The notes beneath the pieces are model-generated. The model made no database searches. It was not told the origin of the DNA and saw only the letters and a program-made list of their open reading frames with translations. Both the position numbers and the translations under genes were made by a program. A DNA stretch of 63,938 nucleotides, filler included, from Collodictyon triciliatum (Eukaryota): NCBI GenBank assembly GCA_043381765.1. It is 8 parts of 8 records of this genome, joined end to end, with 100 filler letters (N's around TTAATTAATTAA, not from the genome) between each part and the next. Parts side by side here need not be neighbours in the genome. Positions count along the whole stretch, not along the records: positions 1 to 9,046 come from JBHJMP010003184.1; positions 9,147 to 18,181 come from JBHJMP010003187.1; 6 more parts are not named here. One strand, written 5' to 3'. Positions 1-16,098 of the stretch are shown here, one piece after another. Every line of letters begins with the position of its first letter. The first letter of the stretch is position 1.

Positions 1-159
1 AAAAAAAAAAAAGGGGAAAAAAAAAAAAAAAAAAAAAAAAAAAAACAAGAGGACAGAAGAACAAAAGGACAGAAGGAAAATCATAAAAAAAATGATCGAG
101 AAAAATAGAAAGTGGAAAACAAAAGGGCGAGGTATATGCCTGAAAGATCAACATTCTCC

Positions 160-300
160 CTCAGTTTTGCAGGCGCACCAGACGATCCCAAGACGTTTCA
201 GCAGGCGTGTTGACGACACCAAAGTCTAGAAAGTGAAGAATGCAAATAAGGAGAGGATGAAACGGGTGAAATCCGCGCAGAGCAAAACAGAGGTCGACAT
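160..300 (+). mobile_element. possible highly degraded Ty1/copia RT N-terminal relic
   Basis: Reads APDDPKTFQQAC* then (frameshift) K-W/*-KNANKERMK, resembling the copia 'EPxTxxEA...WxxAMxxE' motif. Very short and disrupted. Confidence 0.22.
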
Positions 301-331
301 AGGCGCCGCAAGATCAAGACCGTCAAGAGGA

Positions 332-332
332 A

Positions 333-408
<76 letters not shown>

Positions 409-410
409 AA
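332..410 (+). repeat. (AAAG)n microsatellite
   Basis: Direct tandem tetranucleotide repeat. Confidence 0.95.
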
Positions 411-753
411 CTCAACACAAAGCCTGATCAGGGGTTCACAGCCTTATTATGGAAACCCGCGTTACACATGATCAAGCTTCGGGGCGGCGTATTTATATAT
501 CCGCTGGGACGACATCCAAGTTATCCTTGGCTCATGAGTGGGAGTTGCTGTCATTTATCCCTTCCCATCGCCAGCGGCCTTTTGTTGTTGGGATCGCATC
601 TGACTTCTTTTTCTTTGGAAATAAAAAGGAAAAAAAAGTCGCCTTTACCTCAACGAGGTTTTTCTTTTTTTCTTTCCTTTTTATTTTATTTTATTTCTTT
701 AGTCTGGCGTTGTTGGTGTAGTGTCGCTGCTTCTCTTTGCCCGGCACTCGGAC

Positions 754-3700
754 TTATGTCCGCTTCGCGCTTCTCTTGCGTGGGGTGGGTGCAGAGGCTG
801 CTTTGCTCGGTGTGGCGGATGTCTTCTGCTTCGCTCCTACGGGGTCATTGCAAGCAGAGTGTGAGGAAGCGCAGCAAGGAGAGGAGATGGGAGCGCACAG
901 AAGCAAAAACGACAGCAATAGAGGTTTGCGTTGCTCAACAACCACGAGCACGCGAGAGAGACAGACGAGGAGCAATGAGAGTGCGGCAGAAAAGTGGGGT
1001 AGGGCTGGGGCGAAGGAAAGCTTGGTCCCCACCTCGATTGCGCTCAGGCGCTGGCTCGACTTCGGCTGCGGGTGTGGGTGCGGGCACTTTCAAAGCCCTG
1101 ACAAGGTCGGTGAATCCTCCAAAGTGGTACTGCGCCTCGAAACTAGAGATGGACTGTGGCCCGGAGTCCGCCTCCGCTGCTCGCTCCTGTGTTTGAATTC
1201 AAGGCTCATTTAAGGATAGAATGAAAGAGAGCGAGAGAGAGAGAGAGAGAGAATTACATCGCCGATGTTGCTCACCTTGACCGCGTATGATTCTTCGTCG
1301 TCTCCTGTTGGTTGACCCAGCTCTTCCAAAGGCATTTCATCCAAGTTGCTGGAAATGTGGATTCGCTCCAAAGATATTTCAACAAAAGAGTCGAATATCT
1401 GGTCAACAGATGGCAGAATGTGTGCGGGTGCAGACATAAACTGCGTAAACTTCACATCGGTGCTGAATTCGCTTTCCTCAGCACCTTGAGATGATCGTAA
1501 TAATAAAATTAAAAATAAAGTAACACCATGAGAAGATTAAAAAAAAAAAAAAAGAATGTACTGCGCACATTAGAGAGACCCAAATTTTATGGTGCATGGT
1601 TTGAAGTAAAAATAGTATAGTAAGTGCGAGCTAACCTGCATTTAAGGGAGTCGCGGCGGTGGGTAATGTGCCAAACATACGCCTGAAATCGCTCAATTTC
1701 TTCACGGACTGTCGAATAACACGTTCGACCTAAGAAATTAGAGTCGTACAATAAGGCGATGTCCATGAATACATCAAATTATCATTTCAGCTATCGGTAT
1801 TATGAAGACAAAACTCAGGCCACCACCCCACAAGAAAAAATACAATAAGGTTGACGGTGATGTGTTGGCTGTTGATAACGAGCACATTAGATTAAATAAT
1901 TTATACACCACCACTTACCTTCGCACCAGTCTTTGATTCTTTGTTTTGGAACTGCACAATCTCCTTTTTGGAATTATACGCGACGATCGAAGGCTCTGTT
2001 GATTCCTATCAGAGATCAGATGTCAAAATCAAGAAAACGAAAGGAACTCAAGGGACAAAATATGCCAACTTTTCTTTAGATGATGTGACTAGAATAAAAA
2101 GTACTGGTGTTTGGTAGAAGGAAGCTGACTGGAGATGATCTGGAATCATAATAGTGTCGATGGGCTGGGGTGACTGGTGACTCATCACCAGTAGATATGA
2201 ATACTTTGCTTTTGCTGTATGTATAAATTTACACATATACTTATGAGAATGCAAAAGAAGTTCAGACACAGTATTTATACTTTCAAGTCAACATTAATAA
2301 GCACACACATGTCTTATGAATTAGAATGCCAAATCTGTCACTCGAAGGGTCAACTATGATTGGTAGACATAAGGGTATTAGAGTACCGAAAAGGCATAAT
2401 TTAGTCTTGGAATGATGAATAAATTATGGTTAGAAATCAACTGCAAGTAAGACCCTTGGATATTTTGCTACAGTTATATTAATTAAAAAAAACTTACAAA
2501 ATAATTCAGAAATTCGCATTTCCATCTCCCATACCAACGAATCTGAGAGAATATCCCAAACGCAAAGTCGGGACTCAGACAAAGATACAAGATAATGAGT
2601 TTCTCGGGTAAATCCTATGCAGCTAAGATTGACATGAATTAAGAGCATAGAAATTTAATCACATAATTAAATATTGATGAAATTGATTTAGAGGACAAGC
2701 TAAATTCAATACATATGAAACTGAATTAAAGCTAACGAGTAATGGCTCTGGATAGATGGGTGTGATATGGTTGACTTTATCTCGTTGGTTTCAGCATCCC
2801 ATAAGGTTATAATCTGAATTATGCACCAGTTAAGACGAAAATAGACTTACGAAAGGCGTTTTAGTGCAATATCATGGATATTGGAGTTACGTAAGACAAG
2901 GTGCAAACTAAATTATTTACATTTTCAAATGCCACTGCTAGAATTGAACCGTCATGTGAGAAGGCAGCATAGCGGGCTTGATAGTTTCTAGTACGTTCGA
3001 TATTAAAAATATATATATGTATATGTTGGCCTCATGGGTGGTGTAGAGATCGAAACTGCAATGTCAAAACCACAACCTTTTCCAAAAATAAAAGAGAACA
3101 CTAGAGTATCAAATAACAATAACAACAATAAGAATGATTATAACTATGAAAACGATAACGATAGCAATCATAATAATTACAAACCGATAGACACCAACAG
3201 AACGGCATCCCCAGTAGTATTGAGCTTCGTCTGTAGTGCGGCGATTACCTATAAAAAAAAATGAAAAGGTTAACCCCATAGTCTTTTTGAAAAGAAAATA
3301 AAAGTGTATGTTTGTTTCATGTTTTTTTTTTATTTGCGCTTTTTTTATTTGTGTTTCTGTGTCCCAAGAACAATTGTACATCCATCACATAGGATGTTCG
3401 ATGAAACAAGATTCACGAAGGAAAAGATATAAGAAAGACTCTTGATATAAAAGTAAATTAGGTGTTTAGATGACCAGTTTCTTTCTGTTTGGTCAATATC
3501 CATGTTTTAAAACGCCCGTCTAGTGAAGTGGTCACGACAACATTTCTGAATCAAGAAAAGATTAGATTGAACATCAGCAGCAAAAAAAGAGGGAAAGGTG
3601 CTTATTTTCAACATTGTAAACTTAATGTCTTATTCCACTAGTAAACATGATGATCGACTGCTGATGAACGAACTGTTATAAATGAACTTACTTTTTCGGG

Positions 3701-6700
3701 TGTGCAATGACTGAGGTAATGCGCCCTTTGTGTGGAGCATCCACACGTGTGTTTAAAACAGCAGAAGGACTAAATCAGCGCTCATGAGTTGCAAGAAATT
3801 TCACATAACAATTACAAAAAGTGATGAAAAGTAATGTGGCTTTGTGCCTAGTGCATACACTAATAAGTCGGATACGAGAGTCCAAAACTTCAGGCTGACT
3901 TCAGAAACCTCAGAGTCTAGCATTCTAGTTGCCTATTAAGTTGATTCTTTTAAAATAAAGAATTATAATAATATCCGAACAGTTGTGATAATTTTACCTG
4001 TCATCAGGAGCTTATGAAAAAAAAAAACCGCAAAAAAAAAAATAATAATAATAATGAAGGAACAGTGCTTTAAATTAAGATATTGAAGATGTAATAAGGT
4101 TATCGTTAAGAATAGTATATATTTGTGAGAAAATTACAGCAACAAAGTGATTTCCATTGGGGAGGATGCATAGGAAATCGATACGAGCTGCAACAACGAA
4201 AGAATCTGATGCACGAATGTTTTGTGACGCGTTGATGACAGGAATGTCTCCTATGTACCTGGCATTTTAAGCTCAAAGTCATATGTTTGCAATGAATTCA
4301 CAATGAAGCTCTAATTATTAAATGTTAAATGGCTCGATGTTGCTCTTTTGCTTTACACAATTCGTAAAGTATAGTGAGTATGGCGTGCGTGAAACCTTTC
4401 TGGATGCAATTGAAACATTTGCAGTTTTCCGGGTGCTCCGTTAGATAACATGAGCTTTTTGTTAGGGTGCTGCAGCAACCCAACACAACTGGAAGATACA
4501 GATCTGTCACTAGCTGCATGAAAATAAAAAAAAAATTATAATAATAGCTATGATTTCGTCATGTTGGCTGAAAAATAGCAATTAGATGTCGGACAATTGT
4601 AACTGAAGAAAACATGACCAATAACTGGATATGAATATTCACCTATTTTCAACCCTTGAGCTATAGATTTGATCATCATAGTGGAAGAAAGAATTACCAA
4701 GATCTCGTTGTCATCATCTGTAAGCAGATCAATTATCGTGGTCAAGTTTTAATTTTCACTTCAACTCAAGAAAGAAAAAAAGAAAGAAAGAAAGAAAGAA
4801 AGAAAGACAAGACAAGACAAGACAAGACAAGACAAGACAAGACAAGACAAGACAAGACAAGACAAGACAAGACAAGACAAGACAAGACAAGACAAGACAA
4901 GAGAAAATATATATGAGGTAGACTTCAGAAGATGACAGGATGAAAAGAAAAATCATTAGCCCCTATGTACTGCACTTAAAAAAAGACAGCGATTTGAATG
5001 ATAACAATAATATTCCATTTTATGAATTCAAAAGGCGCTTCAGCTATTCACTTACTAGAAATTGCATAGTATTTCCCAGTGGGGCTAATGGCCAAGTTTC
5101 TCAGAGGAGCTCCAAGTCTTGGAAGAAATTGATTCCGTAGTGTTTCAATTTGCCATATGACAAACACTGTCTCCTTTCCAACTGACATGATATAGAGTCC
5201 ATCGTCTGTGAATCTGATATCTGAAACAGGATTTGAGTGCCAGTGCAGCTTCGTCACGCTGGGGGTTCCATTTATTGAGATTTTTCGAATGTTTCTCCTG
5301 GATGTTGTTTGGTGATAGTATGAGAAAAATCCATCGTCAGTGAGAGGAAAATAAAGTATCTTGTTACTCATATGGACAAATTCGGTAGGACATCAAAGTG
5401 AATAAATAAATTAGGCATACTATTCTCAGGATGGTTAAAAAAAAAAAGTACCATAAATAAATAGCTCCAGTACAGTCTCCAAAGGCAAACATATCCAAGT
5501 TTGGATGAGCTACGGCGCATGTAATGACCTGATTGTGAGTCCATCTAAACAAATATGTAAAGAACTCAGGTGTTTTCTGGGGAAGAGAGCCATTAAATGA
5601 CACATTCCAAACGAAATGGACACAGAAATAGAGGCAAATATGTACTGGTCGGGTTGCGCGATAGTATACATACTTATGCACTATATCCACTTCTTTCACG
5701 AAGACATTGATTTGATTGTTGTGGTAACCGACGATAATGGAGCCATCCATGCTCGTACTGAATATAAACCCCTCGATTTTGGGCTCCATCACTGAGGATT
5801 TTCCAGAATGCAAGTCCACGTTATACAATGAGTATGCAGGAGGGATATCAATTTCAATTTTAGATTTGAAAGAGCGGTTTCCTTCGTTGAAAAGATTTTC
5901 AACGGCTATTCTGTCATAGAAGATAACCGTCTTGCCAGTAGTACCTGTAGTAATCATCAATAATATAAGAGGACTTTTGTATTCACAGGATAGACCATTG
6001 TAGTATTAAAAACATACGGATATTGAATAAGATTCGAACAACGAGGATATTGAAAAAAGAATGAACCTTTCTCGGGGACAGAAAGAGCGGCAAAAATGGC
6101 ATTTTGAGTGGAATGATTTGGAAGTAGCTGCATCACGGGGTATTCGATTTGGATAGTCTGTATTTTAAAATTAGAAAAGTATTTGATAGTAGCGGAATAA
6201 ACCCAGCCGTTGGTTGCAGTTCATAATGTCAACCATGATGCATATTTGTGGGGGGAAAATTACTCGGAGTAAAGAACCGTCAGTTAAGTCCCAGATACAA
6301 ATCAATCCGTCGATGGACGCAGAGAGGATCTGAAAACAAGGAGTCAATATTTCAGCATAGATCAGATAGTGATGATTGTAGAAGAAGATATTGAGGGGTA
6401 ACAAGAAAAAAAGTTAAAATGGAAAAAGAAGACGAAAAGTTATAGTGAAATTAGGGAGCCAAGTGGAGAAAATAAAGTGATTAGCGGGCAGTGCAAAGTC
6501 GGACCTGAAGTGAGTTAAACGGGTTCAGAATCACACTTGTGATCCTATCCCTGTGCTTCTTTAGCTTTCTGACCCAGTCACCAGTGGCCACACTGAAAAC
6601 CACGAGGTAATTCTCACTGGCGCAAATAAGAAACCTGTGTGAAAGGGCAATCAGCATTTGTCCAAAGGCTTCAAGACTCCACTTGGTCTATCTTGAATGG

Positions 6701-7297
6701 GAATCGGCTATCCATCATTCTTGAGTTGAAATGATTGTGCAGTCACAGAAAAAACAAAAATTATTGCGACTGAAAGCCTAGAGTCTAGGAAGTAGCAGAA
6801 CAAATAATAAAAAAAAAAAAAAAAAGAAAAAAAAGGAAAAAAAGGAAAAAACAAAAGAAAAAACATAAAACGATAAAAAAAAAAAAGGGAAAGAAGAAAT
6901 AAAAAGGGTCATGAGATCATGTTGGATACAAGTGAGGGGAGGTATTTGAATCAAAAGGCAGGTACTTTTCGTCCTGAGAAAAAATGTGCGGAACTTTGCT
7001 GATGTTTCCAGTGCTGATAGACTCCATCACCCATGAAGCATTTGGTGAAGCAGATACAGAAGCAGAAGCAGAAGCAGAAGCAGAAGCAGAAGCAGAAGCA
7101 GAAGCAGAAGCCGGGGTTGCAGACGTGGGGTTGGGTGAAGATGAATCAAGCATATTGTCAGTTTCGTGTTTTGCCTGCAAGGAAACTGGGGCCTCTGACG
7201 GTGTGGCTGAGGCCTCTGCCTGGCTTTTGGTCTTTGGTCGGCCTCTTGGCTTCGGTTTCGATCCGGCAGGCGCACTCGCAGACTGGGCCTTCAGCAT
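754..7297 (-). CDS. WDR75: WD repeat protein 75 / Utp17 (t-UTP/UTP-A SSU processome subunit), ~20+ exons
   Basis: GT-AG exons splice in frame: MLKAQ...FSQDEK|FLICASENYLVVFSVATGDWVRKLKKHRDRITSVILNPFNSLQ|ILSASIDGLICIWDLTDGSLLR ... LHWHSNPVSDIRFTDDGLYIMSVGKETVFVIWQIETLRNQFLPRLGAPL ... LNTRVDAPHKGRITS ... WGCRSVGVYR|NYQARYAAFSHDGSILAVAF ... FMSAPAHILPSVDQIFDSFV ... final exon GAKQKTSATPSK...KRT-TAA (754). LHWH..., FLPRLGAP and APxHxLP are Utp17/WDR75 hallmarks. Confidence 0.88.
4805..4900 (+). repeat. (AAGAC)n microsatellite in WDR75 intron
   Basis: Direct tandem pentanucleotide repeat. Confidence 0.95.
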
Positions 7298-7620
7298 CTT
7301 GCAAAGTCCTGTTCTTTTCCTTGGGTGGGCTGCCTAGGTTTGGACAGAATCCATGGTCACTCTCGGTCGCGGCTGTTCTCGACAAGATTTTGAGAGGCTT
7401 GGGAGCTATGTAGCTCGTAAAGTGCTCACAGTGGTTTTCAAAAGAATAAAATGGCTGCGGAATAAAGAAGGAAACTTTCTAGAGCGCACACTCAAGGAGG
7501 TGAGAGGATGGCAAGATGACTGCTATCTTTGCTCCTTTCCACGGAGAAGAGAGCCAGACGCGATCGGTGCTTCGGCGAGAAATACTGACAACTCAGTAAA
7601 ACCCGTCGTTGTTGTTTACG

Positions 7621-7623
7621 TTT

Positions 7624-7682
<59 letters not shown>

Positions 7683-7753
7683 TTTTTCTTCATTTCAACT
7701 TGTGCAAGATGTTGGGGACGTTGGCTCCAGTGCGACTCTGTCGTTCTTGTTTA

Positions 7754-7829
<76 letters not shown>
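7621..7829 (+). repeat. (TTTA)n followed by long poly(T)
   Basis: Visible simple repeats. Confidence 0.95.
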
Positions 7830-7832
<3 letters not shown>

Positions 7833-8561
7833 TTTGTTCTTGCTTTTGTATTCTTTTGTTTTCATTTTTATTTTATTTCTTTCATTTGCTGAAGGTTTTC
7901 AATCATCCAGTCTCTTTGTTTCTTTTTCTTTATTATCACTATTCTTTTCCCCCTCTGTTCTGCTCTTCCTTGTCGTTGTGATGTTTGGCTGCCCGCCTAC
8001 CTGCCCCGAAGAGAAAGACCTTTTCTGAATTTTTTTGTGGCCTTGGCGGATTCATCTCTGGCACTGGTAAGGGCAAAATTCATATGTGGAATTTAAACAC
8101 GAGGCAATGACCAAACACATCACCAATCCACATTTGTAATAATCATTCTGGAATTTATCTTTCTATCCTCTTATTTTTTGTCACAGCGGGTTGCAATGGA
8201 CACATGAACGCAAGCTTTCCCATGCAATTGTTTTTTGTTTAAAATTATACTTTTATGAGCTTTTTGCTACATCAGTGTTACCTTTGTGTATTTGAGACTG
8301 TTCACTACCAGTCTTGTGCCCACAACCAAGGGCAGGCGCGTGTTGGTGACTTGCTCCGACTTTGTTGCCCGCTGCCGTTGGATGTTGCCTTGTCCCAAAA
8401 GCCGAGGCCGAAGGCGAGATGCTCGATTCCAGTCAGGAATCCTAACTGAAGGCTTCGCAAGTTGCAGCCAGTTCCTCTGGTTCCAACGCTGGCGCGGAAA
8501 AACCCCGGGTTGCATGTAAGTCTAGGAAGACCCGTGCAAGGAAGCCGCCTGCAAGTCTGTC

Positions 8562-9046
8562 TGAGCGGACAGTATTTTTGCACGGAGTAGAGCAAGTCGT
8601 TTACAACAAGAACAAGGCCCACAGACTCACCGATGCGCTCGCCTCCCTTCTTGAAAGCGAACAAACTTTGGGAAGAGTCCATCCAATTGCGCTTACCGGA
8701 CAGCGAAGGTCTTTGTTTGATTGCCTTCCGCACTGCAGAAAACGTCCGAAAGCTTCTGGAGCTGAAGCAGGTAAGTTTGAGCAATATTACAAGCAGCTTC
8801 AGCAGAAGTAAACCAACAGAGACCCCGGTGATGATCTACCAACAACCGCTGGACGTGTGACTGCAACTTATTCGTGAGGAGCTGAAGCCGTTCAGACCGA
8901 CCCACGTGGAGATCAAAAAGGACAAAGACTCCTTCACAGATACGGCCGTGGTGAAGCTTCTTTGTCATAAGAACCAGCTCCCTGCAAAGTTTACGGTCAT
9001 GGGCAAAAAGTGTCCAAAGCGCATCCTCAAAGAGCGTCCGCAAGCC
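8562..9046 (+). mobile_element. degenerate non-LTR retrotransposon (L1/Tx1-like) ORF1 fragment, truncated by block end
   Basis: Intronless, GC-richer stretch: ERTVFLHGVEQ...(frameshift)...LCLIAFRTAENVRKLLELKQVSL...TPVMIYQQPLDV*LQLIREELKPF...DSFTDTAVVKLLCHKNQLPAKFTVMGKKCPKRILKERPQA. Resembles the RRM-like region preceding the CCHC knuckle of L1/Tx1 ORF1p. One frameshift and an in-frame TGA (8858-8860). Confidence 0.45.
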
Positions 9047-9146
9047 NNNNNNNNNNNNNNNNNNNNNNNNNNNNNNNNNNNNNNNNNNNNTTAATTAATT
9101 AANNNNNNNNNNNNNNNNNNNNNNNNNNNNNNNNNNNNNNNNNNNN
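9047..9146. other. artificial contig spacer (N44-TTAATTAATTAA-N44)
   Basis: 100-nt linker with stops in all six frames. Identical linkers at 18182-18281, 27319-27418, 36455-36554, 45590-45689, 52179-52278 and 54810-54909. Confidence 0.98.
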
Positions 9147-9276
9147 AAAAAACAAAAAAAACAAAAAAAAACAAAAAAAACAAAAAAAACAAAAAAAAAC
9201 AAAAAAAAACAAAAAAAACAAAAAAACAAAAAAACCATACACAATTAAAATCATAAATGTAATGTTGGATACTAAC

Positions 9277-11359
9277 CTGTCCATTTTAATCAATTGTCTT
9301 TGAATTGGTGTTAGTTCCTTAAGACGTCGCCTCTTTCTGTTACTTCCTTCTGGGATAGCAACCTGTGCAAAGGAATGATAGCCGAGATTATTTTTTTTAA
9401 AAAAATCGTCGTGAGTATTGCATGAAAATTTTTGAAGTAGGTATTGTTCCACTAAGCTAATTAGATTCGAACATCATGCTACCTTTTCGCAAGCTTTCTG
9501 CAAAAGAACTTTCTTTTGTGTATCGTTACAAAGTTTTATCTCACTTCTTGAGTGGAATAAATTCTCGACATTTTCAGCAGATTCGTTCTCGTAACCCAAA
9601 TCGCATGACCTTGCGCTACTAGTCGTGTCATCGAAGGAACAACTGTCTCTTTGCGATGAAGTCTGCTCTGAACTTCTTATTTTCGGTGGTGTGCAAAGTG
9701 TTCCATTACCCTCGTCTGTACTCTGATGGGAAACATCTGTGGACTTTGCTGATTCCAAACCGATTATATCCGAAAAGAACGTTGATGGACATACGCAACT
9801 GTTCATATCAAAAGAATTCAAATGCCCGTAGCTTTGAATTTCAGTTTGGAGACCAGGCTTTTGTAAATGCTCTAGAAAATTCGAATTTGCTGAATTTGAA
9901 GACCATTTACAATCCATCGATATATCCAATGCAATATCGTTAGTTCGGCCATCGCTGTTAACACCATAGACAGACTCAAAATAATCATCAGTATTTCGGA
10001 CGTCTTGGAAGGCATTTGCAGTGCCTTTGTGACATGTGTCTTTGGTGGACAGAGTTTCAATGTTGATATCAGGAAGAGATGATAATACTTCGCTTCGTGA
10101 GTCATGAAAATGGGTGATCTCTCTGTAGTCTTTTGAGAAATGGTTATAATCAACTCGATCGTATTGCTTTCTCTCTGTAAGATGCACGCTTTCTTTTAAC
10201 TCCGGGTTAACCTATGATTGATGTATGTCTGTATGATTAAATGTACTAGGCTTGTATAACGACTTTCAAATCGATTATTGTGTAAGTTGTCCCCTTTTTT
10301 GGTCTTTCTTCTATGCATCGTGAGGTATGTATTACCATCTTATTTACTCCTTTTCTGCAATATGTACCGCAGGGTGTTTCCATGGAGCCGTCCCCACCGA
10401 ATTCATACTCTCTGCATTTACAACTATTTAGTGGACTGATATGTCCGTATACATCCGCGGGTGTCCCCAAAAGCTCAGGAGGCATATCAAACCAGATATC
10501 TTTGTCGAGGTCCAGATTCATTATTATCTTTAGGTGGTTATTTCCAAAAGCTTCTTGAGTGTTCTAAGATGGATATTATGAGTGATATATGTGCACGATA
10601 TTCCACATAGAAAAATAGAATGCCATTAACTTGACTAGAGAACGATGCAACAAAAAGAATCAAAAGAACCACCTACATCATTATATGATTAAGCGGCGGA
10701 TTATTTGTGGTACTCTGAGTGTAATCAGGACTAATTTGCAACTTACTTCCCCGCATCACTCATGCCGCTCATTATATAGCACGCCTTCGTACAGGCATCT
10801 TGGGAACTGTATGAAGCAATAATCACTAAAGCATGATGTAATCTCACAGGAAAATGATTTTTTTTTTTTTAGGAAATGATAAGTGCAAATAATGGCAGCT
10901 CTTGTTCCCAAAAGACAGGCGTGGCAAGGGGGATTAACACTATCTTCAAGGTATCTTTCCAAAATGTGTCGCGGGTGTGTTGGTTTCCACACAAGAATCC
11001 AAGGCGAGTCGTCCATGAACAAAGCGTTACACTGAACGTAGGAAACATACGATACCCGGGATTTAAGGCAACTTTCCTGATTACCTTCTGTTTTCACAAG
11101 TACTTTGGAAGAAAAAGGAAAAGGAAAAGCCATGAAGAAATCCGAGTGAAGCGATGGTAAATCTATGTAAACCGACTCTCATGTGCTGCCGCTTCGCCGC
11201 TCGTTTTGTACGTTTCTCTTCGACCCTGGTTGGGATATTCAATTCGCTCGCAAGTCCGCGTGACAGTTTTGGCATTTGGCATCTTGGCTGCCTGGGCGAG
11301 TATTCCCACATCGATCGACTCGATGTAATAATGGTCCCATACGCCTGGCGACTCCCTCA

Positions 11360-11360
<1 letters not shown>
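9277..11360 (-). CDS. hypothetical multi-exon protein (Ser/Asp-rich, basic NLS-like RKRRRLK near 3' end); 3' end runs into block boundary
   Basis: Long open exons 9474-10200 (237 aa), 10246-10560 and 9277-9455 with flanking GT/AG sites. The 5' exon structure could not be resolved and no family was recognised. Confidence 0.5.

Positions 11361-11367
<7 letters not shown>

Positions 11368-11433
<66 letters not shown>
11368..11433 (+). repeat. (CTTT)n microsatellite
   Basis: Direct tandem repeat. Confidence 0.95.
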
Positions 11434-11648
11434 TGGGCTCCTTTTTTGGACTCTCTTCAACCACCACTATTTTTCCTTGGGGTGCGAGAGAGAGAGACGA
11501 GCTGAAGCCAAGCAACCTCCGAGTAAAAAGGGGCTCTAGAAACTTGGCTGCGATCAACCGATGCACTAACAAACCCACCCGATTTCATCAACTGACACAG
11601 GCTGACCCGGATCGTTGCCAAAGAAAGGGCCTGGTCATACTTTTGAGG

Positions 11649-15485
<3,837 letters not shown>

Positions 15486-16098
15486 GTTAGCTGATGCATT
15501 AGTTGGATGAAGAAAGTTATACACAGCAACGACAGGCGTGTCATTGGCTGGGGAGAAGGGCTTCAATTTCTCTGGAGGCCGGCCATTCCGATTATGACCA
15601 AAGAAACAATTCATTTCCTTGCTGCCTTACAGAGTGAACATCAAACAACCAAACAAAAAATAAAAACAACAACAAAAAAGCAAAAGAAATAAAGACTATT
15701 AAGAAAAATGAGAAAACCGGATAAAAAAACAAGTATTATTGCAATAACTATTTCACTTCATTTTCCCTCTGGAGCAAACTATATTTATTGAAATAAGGGA
15801 CCGTATTTTGTGAAATTTTATAGTTGTATCCCGTAGAGCAAAAGAAGATAGTACGACTTAGATTATTGTTTTCCTTTCATTCCTGTGTCTTGCATTTTTC
15901 GATAGAAAACTGTATAAGAGGCTTAAAAAAAGTCTTAAAGAAAAGAGGGAAAGAAAAGGAAAGGAAAGGAAAGGAAAGGAAAGAAAAGAAAAGAAAAGAA
16001 AAGAAAAAAAAAGAAAAAAAAGAAAAAAAAGAAAAGAAAAGAGGCGTTTTATGCATTAGAGAAAATCAAGGTTGCCATGCCAACGTATTCGCGGACAC

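Noticed and set aside
7297-7354. Upstream in-frame ATG...TAG before the WDR75 start, suggesting UAG reassignment
   Set aside because: No in-frame stops in the conserved exons I traced or in the 1323-codon ORF, and TAA, TGA and TAG all end genes here. Best read as a short uORF or chance.
9091-9102. TTAATTAATTAA palindromes as regulatory or recombination sites
   Set aside because: Always centred in N runs; a standard six-frame-stop linker.
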